Of a DNA stretch of 64,000 nucleotides, positions 56,004 to 64,000 are shown piece by piece; position 1 is the first letter of the stretch; every line of letters starts with the position of its first letter. A program made the position numbers and the translations under genes. The notes below the pieces were generated by a model. The model was not told the DNA's origin. It was given only the letters and a program-made list of their open reading frames with translations, and ran no database searches. Source of the stretch: Dictyoglomaceae bacterium. Its GTDB lineage: Bacteria; Dictyoglomota; Dictyoglomia; Dictyoglomales; Dictyoglomaceae. The stretch is from NCBI GenBank assembly GCA_035378845.1, contig DAOSUP010000009.1, positions 546-64,545 of the forward strand. The letters are read 5' to 3'.

Positions 56004-57797
56004 TTAGCTTACAAACTCTTCTTCTTTATTTCCCCAATACTTGAATTGGGATACAAACATATTATAATAAATGCCCTTCTTTTCCATAAGCTCCTCATGA
56101 GTGCCCATCTCCCAAATTTTTCCACCTTCAATTACCATAATTCTATCCACATTCTGTATAGTAGAAAGCCTATGGGCAATGATAAATGAAGTTCTTCCTT
56201 TAAGAAGCTCCTCAATTCCCTTTTGGAGGAGTCTCTCTGTTTGGGTGTCCACACTTGCAGTTGCCTCATCTAAGATTAAAATCTTAGGATCTGCAATTAA
56301 AGTCCTTGCTAAGGAAATGAGTTGTCTCTGTCCTGTAGAAAGTCTTAATCCTCTCTCTCTTATATCAGTTTTATATGTATTTTCTAAGGTTTCAATAAAA
56401 TCATGGGCATTAACTGATTTTGCTATCTCTATGACCTCTTCATCGGTTGTCTCTAATTTACCATATCTTATATTGTCTAAGATACTTCCCGAGAAGAGAA
56501 AAGTATCTTGAAGCATCACACCTATCTGTCTCCTTAAACTTTCCAGTTTTATATTCTTAATATTTACACCATCAATGAGGATTTCTCCTTCCTGAGGGTC
56601 ATAAAATCTACAAAGCAGATTAATAATTGTGGTTTTTCCTGCTCCAGTATGTCCTACCAATGCAATTTTTTCTCCTGGCTTTACTTTAAAACTTATATTC
56701 TCTAAAACCTTCCTGTTTCCATCATAAGAGAAGGAAACATTCCTAAACTCTACCTCTCCTTTTATCTCAAAATCTATGGCATCTTTTTTTTCAATAACTT
56801 CTGGATTTATATCCATAACCTCAAATATTCTTTCTGCACTTGCCATACTCGTTATTAAATTATTGAGAAGATTACTAAGATCTGTAATAGGTCTCCAGAA
56901 CATTGATAGATACGAGGACATGGCTACAAGAAGCCCCACGGTGATATTTCCAGAACTTATCATCTTTACACCAAAATAATAGATTACAATACCACCTATT
57001 CCCCAAGAGAATTCTACCATAGGCCAAAAGAGATCATTAATCCTTACAGCTCTTACAAAGGCATTTCTTACTTCCCATGTTAAGTTATCAAATATTCTGT
57101 TAGTATAGTTTTCTGCAGTAAAAGCTTTCACTACCCTTATCCCAGAAAAATTTTCATGGATAAAGGCATTCAAATTTGAGTTTTTCTTTCTCACAAGCTG
57201 CCATCTTTTTCTTGATATGATTTGGATTGAAAATAAAACAATGATCAGAAAAGGTAGGGTGAAAAGACCAGCTATAGCAAGCTTAGGATTAAGAGAAAAC
57301 ATAATAACCGATGTGGCAATTATCATGGCAATATCAGGAATAAGATTTGTAATGAGCATAGTGAAGAGATTATTCAATGAATTTACATCTCCAATTATTC
57401 TTGCCAAGATCTTACCTACAGGTCTTTCATCAAAAAAAGAAAGGGATAATTCTTGAACATGATTAAAAAGATCCTGTCTTATATTAAGAAGAGCTCTATT
57501 GGTTACACTGGACATCTTTATGGTTCTCATACGAGATGCAAAGGCTCCTGTTAAATTAAGAACTATGACAAAAATGCCTACCCAGAATAGTCCTCTTAAA
57601 TTCTTATTCTTAATATAATTATCAATAGCTATTTTAAGGAAATAAGGATTTAGAAGGTCTACAACCATACCGATACCAATAAGAAATAACACTAAGAGGA
57701 CTTCTTTTTTGTAAGGAAGAAGGTACTTTAGTAATCTCCTTATAATCTCAGTACTAATCTTCTCTTCTAATTTTTCATCTTCTTTGTAAGATGGCAT
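56004..57797 (-). CDS. ABC exporter, fused permease/ATPase (MdlB/heterodimeric type)
   Basis: Six-TM domain, Walker A GHTGAGKTT, signature LSTGQRQ, Walker B ILILDEA. Confidence 0.9.
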   Translation of the reverse strand: MPSYKEDEKLEEKISTEIIRRLLKYLLPYKKEVLLVLFLIGIGMVVDLLNPYFLKIAIDNYIKNKNLRGLFWVGIFVIVLNLTGAFASRMRTIKMSSVTNRALLNIRQDLFNHVQELSLSFFDERPVGKILARIIGDVNSLNNLFTMLITNLIPDIAMIIATSVIMFSLNPKLAIAGLFTLPFLIIVLFSIQIISRKRWQLVRKKNSNLNAFIHENFSGIRVVKAFTAENYTNRIFDNLTWEVRNAFVRAVRINDLFWPMVEFSWGIGGIVIYYFGVKMISSGNITVGLLVAMSSYLSMFWRPITDLSNLLNNLITSMASAERIFEVMDINPEVIEKKDAIDFEIKGEVEFRNVSFSYDGNRKVLENISFKVKPGEKIALVGHTGAGKTTIINLLCRFYDPQEGEILIDGVNIKNIKLESLRRQIGVMLQDTFLFSGSILDNIRYGKLETTDEEVIEIAKSVNAHDFIETLENTYKTDIRERGLRLSTGQRQLISLARTLIADPKILILDEATASVDTQTERLLQKGIEELLKGRTSFIIAHRLSTIQNVDRIMVIEGGKIWEMGTHEELMEKKGIYYNMFVSQFKYWGNKEEEFVS

Positions 57798-57799
57798 GA

Positions 57800-59533
57800 C
57801 TAAACTGGCTCCTCTTCAATATCCAAGATATATTTACCATATTGCTCTTGGAAGATATCATAATATCTCCCCTGAAGGGCTAAAAGTTCATCATGAGTCC
57901 CTCTTTCCACAATCCTTCCCTTTTCAAGAACTATTATCTCGTCAGCCTTTTTGGCTGCAGAGACCCTATGGGTGATAATAATTTTTGTAATATCTTTGTA
58001 CTCCTCAATAGCTTTCTGAATATAGTATTCAGTCTCCATATCCAAAGAAGAAGTAATATCATCAAGAATTAAAATTTTTGCATCTCTAAGTAAAGCTCTG
58101 GCAATGGAAATTCTCTGTTTCTGACCTCCTGAAAGTCCAATTCCCCTTTCTCCCACAACAGTATTTATCCCCTCGGGAAGATTCATGGTAAAGTTATATG
58201 CCCTTGAAGTCTTTAAAGCTCTTATAATTTCCTCTTCTGTTGCTTCCATTCCAAGTTTCAGATTCTCCAAAACTGTATCGGAAAAGAGAAAAACATCTTG
58301 AGGTATATATGCTAAAGCTTTTCTTAAGGTTTCAATATCTATACTCCTTATATCTATGTCATCAATTAATATGTCTCCCTCCCAGTTTTCATAAAATCTT
58401 CCTAAGAGATTCACAAGGGTAGTTTTCCCTGATCCAGTAACTCCCATAATAGCTAAGGTCTTTCCGCTATCCAAATTAAAGCTTATATCTTGCAGAACAT
58501 ATTCGTGCTGGTATTTAAAAGAGACATTTTTAAATGTAACTTTCCCACTAATCTCTTTTACTTCTACAGGAGTAGATAGAACTCTTTTCTCAGGTTTTTC
58601 CCTGAAGAGCCTGTCAATCTTATGGATAGATGCCCTACATTGAGAAAGCATATTAATAAGCCATCCAGCTGACCTCATAGGCCAGACTAACATGGAAACA
58701 TACCAGTTAAAAGCTACAAGAGTACCTATGGACATATTACCTTTAATCACAAAAAATCCACCCATAATTATTGACAAAGCTCCAGAGATATTAGTTAAGA
58801 AGTCCATCCAAGGCACATAATCAGAAAGTATTTTTGCTTGTTTAACATTCAACTTATAATGTTTATAATTTTCTTTGAAGAATCTCTCAATCTCATATTT
58901 CTCTCTTCCAAAAACCTTAACAATTCTAATACCTGCTAAATCTTCTTGAGCTGTGGTATTCATTCTTACTCTTTGATCAGAGATCTCCTCATAAACCTCA
59001 TCAGCCCTTTTTTCTAAATTGTATGCAAGGAGTCCTATTATAGGCATAAGTAGGATAATTAGTGAGGTTAGCTCCCAATTTATGTTAAACAAGATAATAG
59101 TTACGATTAGGATATAGGAGAATTGCTCTATAAAAAACATGATTCCAAATCCAAAAGTAAACCAGATATTATCAATATCTTCTTTTATCCTTGCCATTAA
59201 TTCTCCTGTATTTGTCCGATCAAAAAAGGAGATAGGAAGAGTTTGAAGATGCTTGAATAGATCTATCCTAACTTGACTTGCTAATCTGGATCCCCCAAGA
59301 TCCATAAAATATCCCTTAGAATAACTTAGTATTACACGGGATACAGTTATTACCCCTAAGAATATTAGATATTTAGATAGTTCTTCAATCTTTCCTCCAA
59401 TAATAACCCTATCTATTATCTCTTGAGTTATCTTAGGATTGAACAAATCAAGAGATAGAGCAATAATGGAGGATGCTATAGAGATAATAAAATACGTAAG
59501 ATTTTTTCTTACAGCTTTTTTAAGACTTTGCAA
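57800..59533 (-). CDS. ABC exporter, fused permease/ATPase (partner subunit)
   Basis: Six-TM domain, Walker A GVTGSGKTT, signature LSGGQKQR, Walker B ILILDD. TTG start lies 6 nt after GGTGAT. A 2-nt gap separates it from the next ABC gene. Confidence 0.85.
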   Translation of the reverse strand: MQSLKKAVRKNLTYFIISIASSIIALSLDLFNPKITQEIIDRVIIGGKIEELSKYLIFLGVITVSRVILSYSKGYFMDLGGSRLASQVRIDLFKHLQTLPISFFDRTNTGELMARIKEDIDNIWFTFGFGIMFFIEQFSYILIVTIILFNINWELTSLIILLMPIIGLLAYNLEKRADEVYEEISDQRVRMNTTAQEDLAGIRIVKVFGREKYEIERFFKENYKHYKLNVKQAKILSDYVPWMDFLTNISGALSIIMGGFFVIKGNMSIGTLVAFNWYVSMLVWPMRSAGWLINMLSQCRASIHKIDRLFREKPEKRVLSTPVEVKEISGKVTFKNVSFKYQHEYVLQDISFNLDSGKTLAIMGVTGSGKTTLVNLLGRFYENWEGDILIDDIDIRSIDIETLRKALAYIPQDVFLFSDTVLENLKLGMEATEEEIIRALKTSRAYNFTMNLPEGINTVVGERGIGLSGGQKQRISIARALLRDAKILILDDITSSLDMETEYYIQKAIEEYKDITKIIITHRVSAAKKADEIIVLEKGRIVERGTHDELLALQGRYYDIFQEQYGKYILDIEEEPV

Positions 59534-59711
59534 GGAAGTATCACCATATTATTTTATTAAATTATCAAAACAAAAAGATTATATAGATTTATTTTTGTAA
59601 AGTCAATTAATATATTCCTTTTTAACAAGATTATTTTTGAGGAAGATTGCCCTCTTTACAAAAGTTTAAAAATAATTAAAATAAGAATAAAATCTAAAAT
59701 GGGAGGGAAAA

Positions 59712-60149
59712 ATGATACCATCAAGTGTTACAATTGGTCTTACTATGGGGAGTCTTGTGGCATTCTTGTTCTTGATTGCTAATCTTTACAACCTTCTTAA
59801 TCTATTCAACAAGATTTTTTCTCCAGGTAAACAGTGGGACTTCCTCAAAAAGATGAGAAATAGGTGGCATTATATTCACTATTTTGGAAACGTTGGAGCA
59901 TTTATTGCCCTTATTGTTCATGCAGTTCTTCTTGGAAGTTTTGCATCTTTTCTACACTGGATTGTACTGGTATTTATGGGTGTAATGGCTATTTCTGGTT
60001 TTACAATGAGATTTTTAAAAGTCTCACCTCAAACTAAACAGAAACTTTTTGGATTTCATGCACACTGGTATATGTTCCTTATCTTACTTATTTTAATTAT
60101 TATTGCCCACCTCATTTCCCTACCAGGATTTCCTTATCCATTAGGTTAA
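59712..60149 (+). CDS. four-TM, His-rich small membrane protein (possible b-type haem / DUF4405-like)
   Basis: 145 aa with conserved-looking His residues inside or near TM helices (WHYIHYF, VHAVL, LHWIV, FHAHWY, IAHLI). GGGAGGG RBS. Confidence 0.5.
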   Translation: MIPSSVTIGLTMGSLVAFLFLIANLYNLLNLFNKIFSPGKQWDFLKKMRNRWHYIHYFGNVGAFIALIVHAVLLGSFASFLHWIVLVFMGVMAISGFTMRFLKVSPQTKQKLFGFHAHWYMFLILLILIIIAHLISLPGFPYPLG

Positions 60150-60168
60150 ATCAGTATAAGGAGAGCTT

Positions 60169-62118
60169 ATGAAGGAGGGAATAGGGTTTAAAAGGTTATT
60201 TGAGCCTATTAGTATTCGTGGGGTGGATATAAGAAATAGAGTTGTTTTCCTTCCACATCTCACGCTTTATGCAAGTGCAAGCCATTCTCCTACCGAGAGA
60301 GATGTTTATTATTATAGAGAAAGGGCAAAAGGTGGTGTTGGTCTTATAGTTGTACCAAGTATGGCAGTTCATCCCAGTGGTTCATATCTCAATATGATCC
60401 ATGCATTTGACACGAGTAACATTGGAGGCTTGAAGAAGATTGTTGATGCTGTTCATGACAATGGTGCAAAGATCTTTGGGCAACTCACACATATGGGAAA
60501 TCAGACAAGGAGTGTTGAAACATTTGGACCTTTATGGGCACCTTCTGATATACCTGATTTAACAGTAGGGGAAATTCCAAAACCTATGAGTATTGAGGAA
60601 ATACATACGCTTATTGAATCATTTGCAAATTCTGCTATGAACCTTATTTATGCAGGTTTTGATGGTGTTGAAATAAAAGTTGCTCATGATGGTATCCTTG
60701 GACAGTTTCTTTCTCCTATAAAAAATGTTAGAAGAGATGAGTATGGTGGCTCTCTTGAAAATAGATGCAGAATTATTATAGAGATTTTGCAGGCTATAAG
60801 AAATAAGATTGGTAATAGACCTCTTGGAGTGAGGCTTGGTATAAATAGGTTTATTCCTGGAGATTATGGTATTAATGAGGCTATTGAATATGCAAAAATG
60901 ATTGCTACTGTTGCAGATTATATTAGTACAGATTCTGGCACCTGGGAGAGCATTGATAAACTTACTGCGCCTATGACTGTCCCCCAAGGATTTCTGCTTG
61001 AAGACATTGCAAAATTAAAGAAAGAAGTGAATATTATTGTAATAGGTCATGGAAGAATTGTATGGCCACAAATGGCCGAAGATGCTCTTGAAAAAGGTTA
61101 CTGCGATATGATTGGACTTGCAAGAGCACTCATTGCAGATCCATACTGGGCAAAGAAGGCTCAGGAAAATAGGTTTGATGAAATTCGTGGTTGTATTGGC
61201 TGTAACCAGAAGTGTATGGGTAGACTTCTCCAGAACTTACCTATTAGTTGTGTTCAAAATCCAACATCAGGACATGAACAGGAATATGGAGAGGATATCC
61301 TTTATAAGAAGACTTTAGCACCTAAGAAAGTAGTAATCGTTGGTGGTGGTCCTGCAGGAATGAAAGCAGCAGATGTTCTTGCAAGAAAGGGTCATAAAGT
61401 AGTCCTTTTTGAAAAAGAAAAGATGCTTGGTGGTAGAGTAAACTGGGAAAGTAGGCTTCCAGGAAGAAGAGAGGTTACTGGGGTTAGCAGATTCCTTATG
61501 AAAGAGATGGAAGTACAGAAAGTAGATGTAAGAATGGAAGTTGAGGCGACAGAAGAAATAGTAAAAAATGAAAGACCAGATATTGTTATCATTGCAACTG
61601 GCGCAAAAATTGCTACTTTTGAAATTCCTGGAATTGGAAAAGAGAAAATATTCCAAACCTTAGATGTACTTGATGGGAAAGTAACAGGTGAAAATGTCCT
61701 TGTGGTGGATAATGATTCTACAACAGAAGGAATTGGAGTTGTGAATACACTGCTCAAACAGGGAAAGAAGGTTCACTGGGTAACTCCATCATTTTTTAAT
61801 GCTCAGAATGTAACTCCACCAACAGTAATGCCACTCTATCAGATGATTGATAGCAAGAGTGTGGAGCTTCACCCTATGAGTATTCTTTTGAATTTTGAGG
61901 GGAATGTTGCAACCCTTCTCAATCCATACTATGGAAGGCAAGAAAAGGTTGAAGATATTGATGCAGTTGTTGTCGTGGGTATAAAGATCCCACAGAAGGA
62001 CCTTTTTGAAAAACTCAAAGGGAGTATCCCTGAGGTTTATGTTATAGGAGATGCTGCAGCTCCAAGGGATATTGCAGCATCTCTTGAAGATGCAGTTGGC
62101 CTATGTATTAAATTATAA
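60169..62118 (+). CDS. OYE-like NADH:flavin oxidoreductase fused to an FAD/NAD(P) domain (2,4-dienoyl-CoA reductase / NADH oxidase family)
   Basis: FMN TIM-barrel N-terminal half, [4Fe-4S]-type CIGCNQKCMG motif, then VVIVGGGPAGMKAA and a second dinucleotide fold. Confidence 0.85.
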   Translation: MKEGIGFKRLFEPISIRGVDIRNRVVFLPHLTLYASASHSPTERDVYYYRERAKGGVGLIVVPSMAVHPSGSYLNMIHAFDTSNIGGLKKIVDAVHDNGAKIFGQLTHMGNQTRSVETFGPLWAPSDIPDLTVGEIPKPMSIEEIHTLIESFANSAMNLIYAGFDGVEIKVAHDGILGQFLSPIKNVRRDEYGGSLENRCRIIIEILQAIRNKIGNRPLGVRLGINRFIPGDYGINEAIEYAKMIATVADYISTDSGTWESIDKLTAPMTVPQGFLLEDIAKLKKEVNIIVIGHGRIVWPQMAEDALEKGYCDMIGLARALIADPYWAKKAQENRFDEIRGCIGCNQKCMGRLLQNLPISCVQNPTSGHEQEYGEDILYKKTLAPKKVVIVGGGPAGMKAADVLARKGHKVVLFEKEKMLGGRVNWESRLPGRREVTGVSRFLMKEMEVQKVDVRMEVEATEEIVKNERPDIVIIATGAKIATFEIPGIGKEKIFQTLDVLDGKVTGENVLVVDNDSTTEGIGVVNTLLKQGKKVHWVTPSFFNAQNVTPPTVMPLYQMIDSKSVELHPMSILLNFEGNVATLLNPYYGRQEKVEDIDAVVVVGIKIPQKDLFEKLKGSIPEVYVIGDAAAPRDIAASLEDAVGLCIKL

Positions 62119-62130
62119 GGGGGGAATAAT

Positions 62131-62307
62131 ATGAACGAAAAATTAAAGAAGTATAAATGTAGTGTTTGTGGATTTGTATACGATCCAAAGAATGGCGATC
62201 CTTCCCAAGGGATAAAGCCTGGGACAGCATTTGAGGATCTACCAGATGATTGGGTATGTCCAGTTTGTGGTTCTCCAAAGGATAAATTTGAGCCATATGA
62301 GGGATAA
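62131..62307 (+). CDS. rubredoxin (58 aa, absent from the ORF track)
   Basis: [58 protein letters not shown], with canonical CxxCG...DDWxCPxCG rubredoxin motifs. GGGGGG RBS lies 6 nt upstream, and the gene starts 12 nt after the OYE gene stop. Confidence 0.9.
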   Translation: MNEKLKKYKCSVCGFVYDPKNGDPSQGIKPGTAFEDLPDDWVCPVCGSPKDKFEPYEG

Positions 62308-62386
62308 TTATTAATATAAAGCATTCATAGGAGATTTTACTTTTACACTATTTGCCTTACGAATAATTTTATTACTAACATAATGA

Positions 62387-62415
62387 GGGGGCTTTAGGAT
62401 AATCCCAAAGCCCCC
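62387..62415. terminator. hairpin between convergent rubredoxin and propeller genes
   Basis: gggggctttagg-ataat-cccaaagccccc (12-bp stem with one mismatch). T-tracts are weak on both sides. Confidence 0.45.
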
Positions 62416-62448
62416 TTAACTTAAATTCTATTTATATCAATTTGGATG

Positions 62449-64000
62449 TTATCTCTTTTTAAGAGGAGATGGTAGGAATTCATCTCTTAAAGAGAAATTA
62501 GTAGATGGTGAGAGTTGAAATTTTGAAATGGTAGGATAAGGTCCTGTATTTCCACTTGCATCAAGCTTTAATACATATGCATCATAATAACCAGCGCCAA
62601 AGGAAGCTGTTAGTCCTGCTGCAATATATCCACCATCATTTGTCTGTTGTATAGAATATACATAATCATAATCACTTCCTCCATATATTTTTTGCCATAC
62701 TAAATTTCCATTAGCATCAAGCTTTAATATATATACATCAGTATAACCAGCGCCAAAGGAATCTGTATAACCAGCAACAATATATCCACCTTCAATAGTT
62801 TGCTGTATGGAACTTGCTCTATCATAACCACTTTCACCAAAAGTTTTTTGCCATAGTAAATCTCCATTTGTATTAAGCTTTAATACATATACATCATCGT
62901 AACCAGTGCCAAAGGAAGCTGTATAACCAGCGACAATATATCCACCATCTGATACTTGTTGTATAGAATATGCATAATCATCAGAACTTCCACCAAAAGT
63001 TTTTTGCCATTCTAACTCTCCATTTTCATCAAGCTTTAATACATATACATCATAACAACCAGCGCCAGAGGAACCTGTCCAACCAGCGACAATATACCCA
63101 CCATCAGTAGTTTGCTGTATGGAACTTGCCCAGTCGTTATCACTTCCTCCATAACTTTTATACCATTCTAACTCTCCATCTGAATCAAGCTTTAATATAT
63201 ATGCATCAATATTACCGCTACCATAGGGATATGTCCAACCTGCAACAATATATCCACCATCATTTGTCTGTTGTATAGAATATGCCCAGTCACTGTAAGT
63301 TCCCCCATAAGTTTTTTCCCATAGTAACTTTCCATCTGAATCAAGCTTTAATACATATACATCGTCATAACCATTTTCAATGGAAACTGTATAACCAGCG
63401 ACAATATATCCACCATCAGTAGTTTGTTGTACAGAATATGCCCAGTCATCGTTAATTCCCCCAAAAGTTTTTTGCCACAGTACATTTCCATTTTCATCAA
63501 GCTTTAATACATATACATCAGTACTACCAGCCCTAAAAGAATTTGTTGTACCAGCGGCGATATATCCACCATCATTTGTTTTCTGTATGGAATATACCTC
63601 ATCATAATTACTTCCTCCATAGGTTTTCTGCCAAGTTATTGCTTCTGAATTGTTTACATATACTGTTATAGTAGCAGAATCAGAATTTCCAGCATTATCA
63701 TAAGCTTTTACTTTTATTGTGTGACCTCCATTTGATACTTGAGTGGTATTCCAGCTATATACATAAGGAGATTGTGTAGCTTCTCCAACTTTAGTTCCAT
63801 CAACATAGAACTCAACTTTTGAAATTCCACTTGGAGCTTTCTCTACTTTTTTGTTCTTTGCTGATGGAATCTTATCTACTACTTGAGCTTCTATAGAGAC
63901 TATTCCAGAGACAGTATCTCCATTATTAGGATTTGTAATAGTAACTTGAGGTGCTTGTGGATCTCCTATAGTTACTGTTACTATCTGACTTTCTCCTGTA
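62449..64000 (-). CDS. surface protein: Ig-like domain followed by a seven-repeat beta-propeller-like domain (5' end outside the window)
   Basis: The minus-strand frame is open from the window edge to TAA at 62451-62449. It has no Met codon, so it is absent from the ORF track. Translation: ...VSGIVSIEAQVVD...KVEFYVDGTKVGEATQSPYVYSWNT...GHTIKVKAYDNAGNSDSATITVYV (Ig-like), then 7 x 52 aa of WQKT(F/Y)GGSxxDxAYSIQQTxDGGYIVAGYTxSFGxGxxDVYVLKLDxxGxLx. Confidence 0.8.
   Translation of the reverse strand, partial: TGESQIVTVTIGDPQAPQVTITNPNNGDTVSGIVSIEAQVVDKIPSAKNKKVEKAPSGISKVEFYVDGTKVGEATQSPYVYSWNTTQVSNGGHTIKVKAYDNAGNSDSATITVYVNNSEAITWQKTYGGSNYDEVYSIQKTNDGGYIAAGTTNSFRAGSTDVYVLKLDENGNVLWQKTFGGINDDWAYSVQQTTDGGYIVAGYTVSIENGYDDVYVLKLDSDGKLLWEKTYGGTYSDWAYSIQQTNDGGYIVAGWTYPYGSGNIDAYILKLDSDGELEWYKSYGGSDNDWASSIQQTTDGGYIVAGWTGSSGAGCYDVYVLKLDENGELEWQKTFGGSSDDYAYSIQQVSDGGYIVAGYTASFGTGYDDVYVLKLNTNGDLLWQKTFGESGYDRASSIQQTIEGGYIVAGYTDSFGAGYTDVYILKLDANGNLVWQKIYGGSDYDYVYSIQQTNDGGYIAAGLTASFGAGYYDAYVLKLDASGNTGPYPTISKFQLSPSTNFSLRDEFLPSPLKKR
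62545..63640 (-). repeat. seven tandem in-frame 156-bp coding repeats
   Basis: The landmark AAGCTT in ...catcaagctttaata... recurs at 62563, 62719, 62875, 63031, 63187, 63343 and 63499, exactly 156 bp apart each time. Confidence 0.9.

Noticed and set aside
62545-63640. The regular 156-bp periodic repeats could be mistaken for a CRISPR-like or satellite array.
   Set aside because: The period is a multiple of 3 and the whole region is one open reading frame encoding a coherent 52-aa protein repeat. There are no short identical repeats separated by unique spacers and no cas genes.

Overview
AT-rich, Lys/Glu/Ile-rich chromosomal segment with GGAGG-type ribosome-binding sites. The gene content fits a thermophilic anaerobe: GH26 mannanase with a CBM35-like module, CE7 esterase, GH1 and GH4 enzymes, four-subunit pyruvate:ferredoxin oxidoreductase and rubredoxin. 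My guess is a Dictyoglomus-like organism; this is inference, not a database hit. I support about 62 protein-coding genes, tightly packed and often with overlapping start/stop codons. They include uppP, an MMPL exporter, pstSCAB with a convergent phoU, glpK plus a three-gene glycerol-3-phosphate dehydrogenase set, purEC, porGDAB, recR-ybaB-dnaX-metG, two ABC exporters and several envelope proteins. I saw no rRNA, tRNA, CRISPR array, transposase or integrase. Four real features are absent from the ORF track: a 50-aa YvrJ-family gene, a 58-aa rubredoxin, the C-terminal end of mnmE at the left edge, and a start-less open frame at the right edge built from seven exact 156-bp repeats (beta-propeller surface protein). 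The strongest non-coding signal is a 247-bp array of 11 DnaA boxes at 40261-40507, seven of them perfect TTATCCACA. It abuts a (TAG)4TAA DnaA-trio-like run and an AT-rich tract, which is an oriC-like unwinding module. It has no dnaA or dnaN next to it, and the flanking genes are mostly transcribed toward it. The most interesting coding locus is a five-gene operon of very small proteins at 20670-21926: DUF1659, DUF2922, a zinc ribbon, an M15 peptidase and YvrJ. Other items flagged are an orphan type IV pilin fused to two lamin-tail domains, an alpha/beta-hydrolase fused to a polytopic membrane domain with a terminator-containing leader and a uORF, a terminator hairpin in the glpK leader, and candidate leaderless genes. 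All functional calls come from motif recognition by eye; no searches were run.
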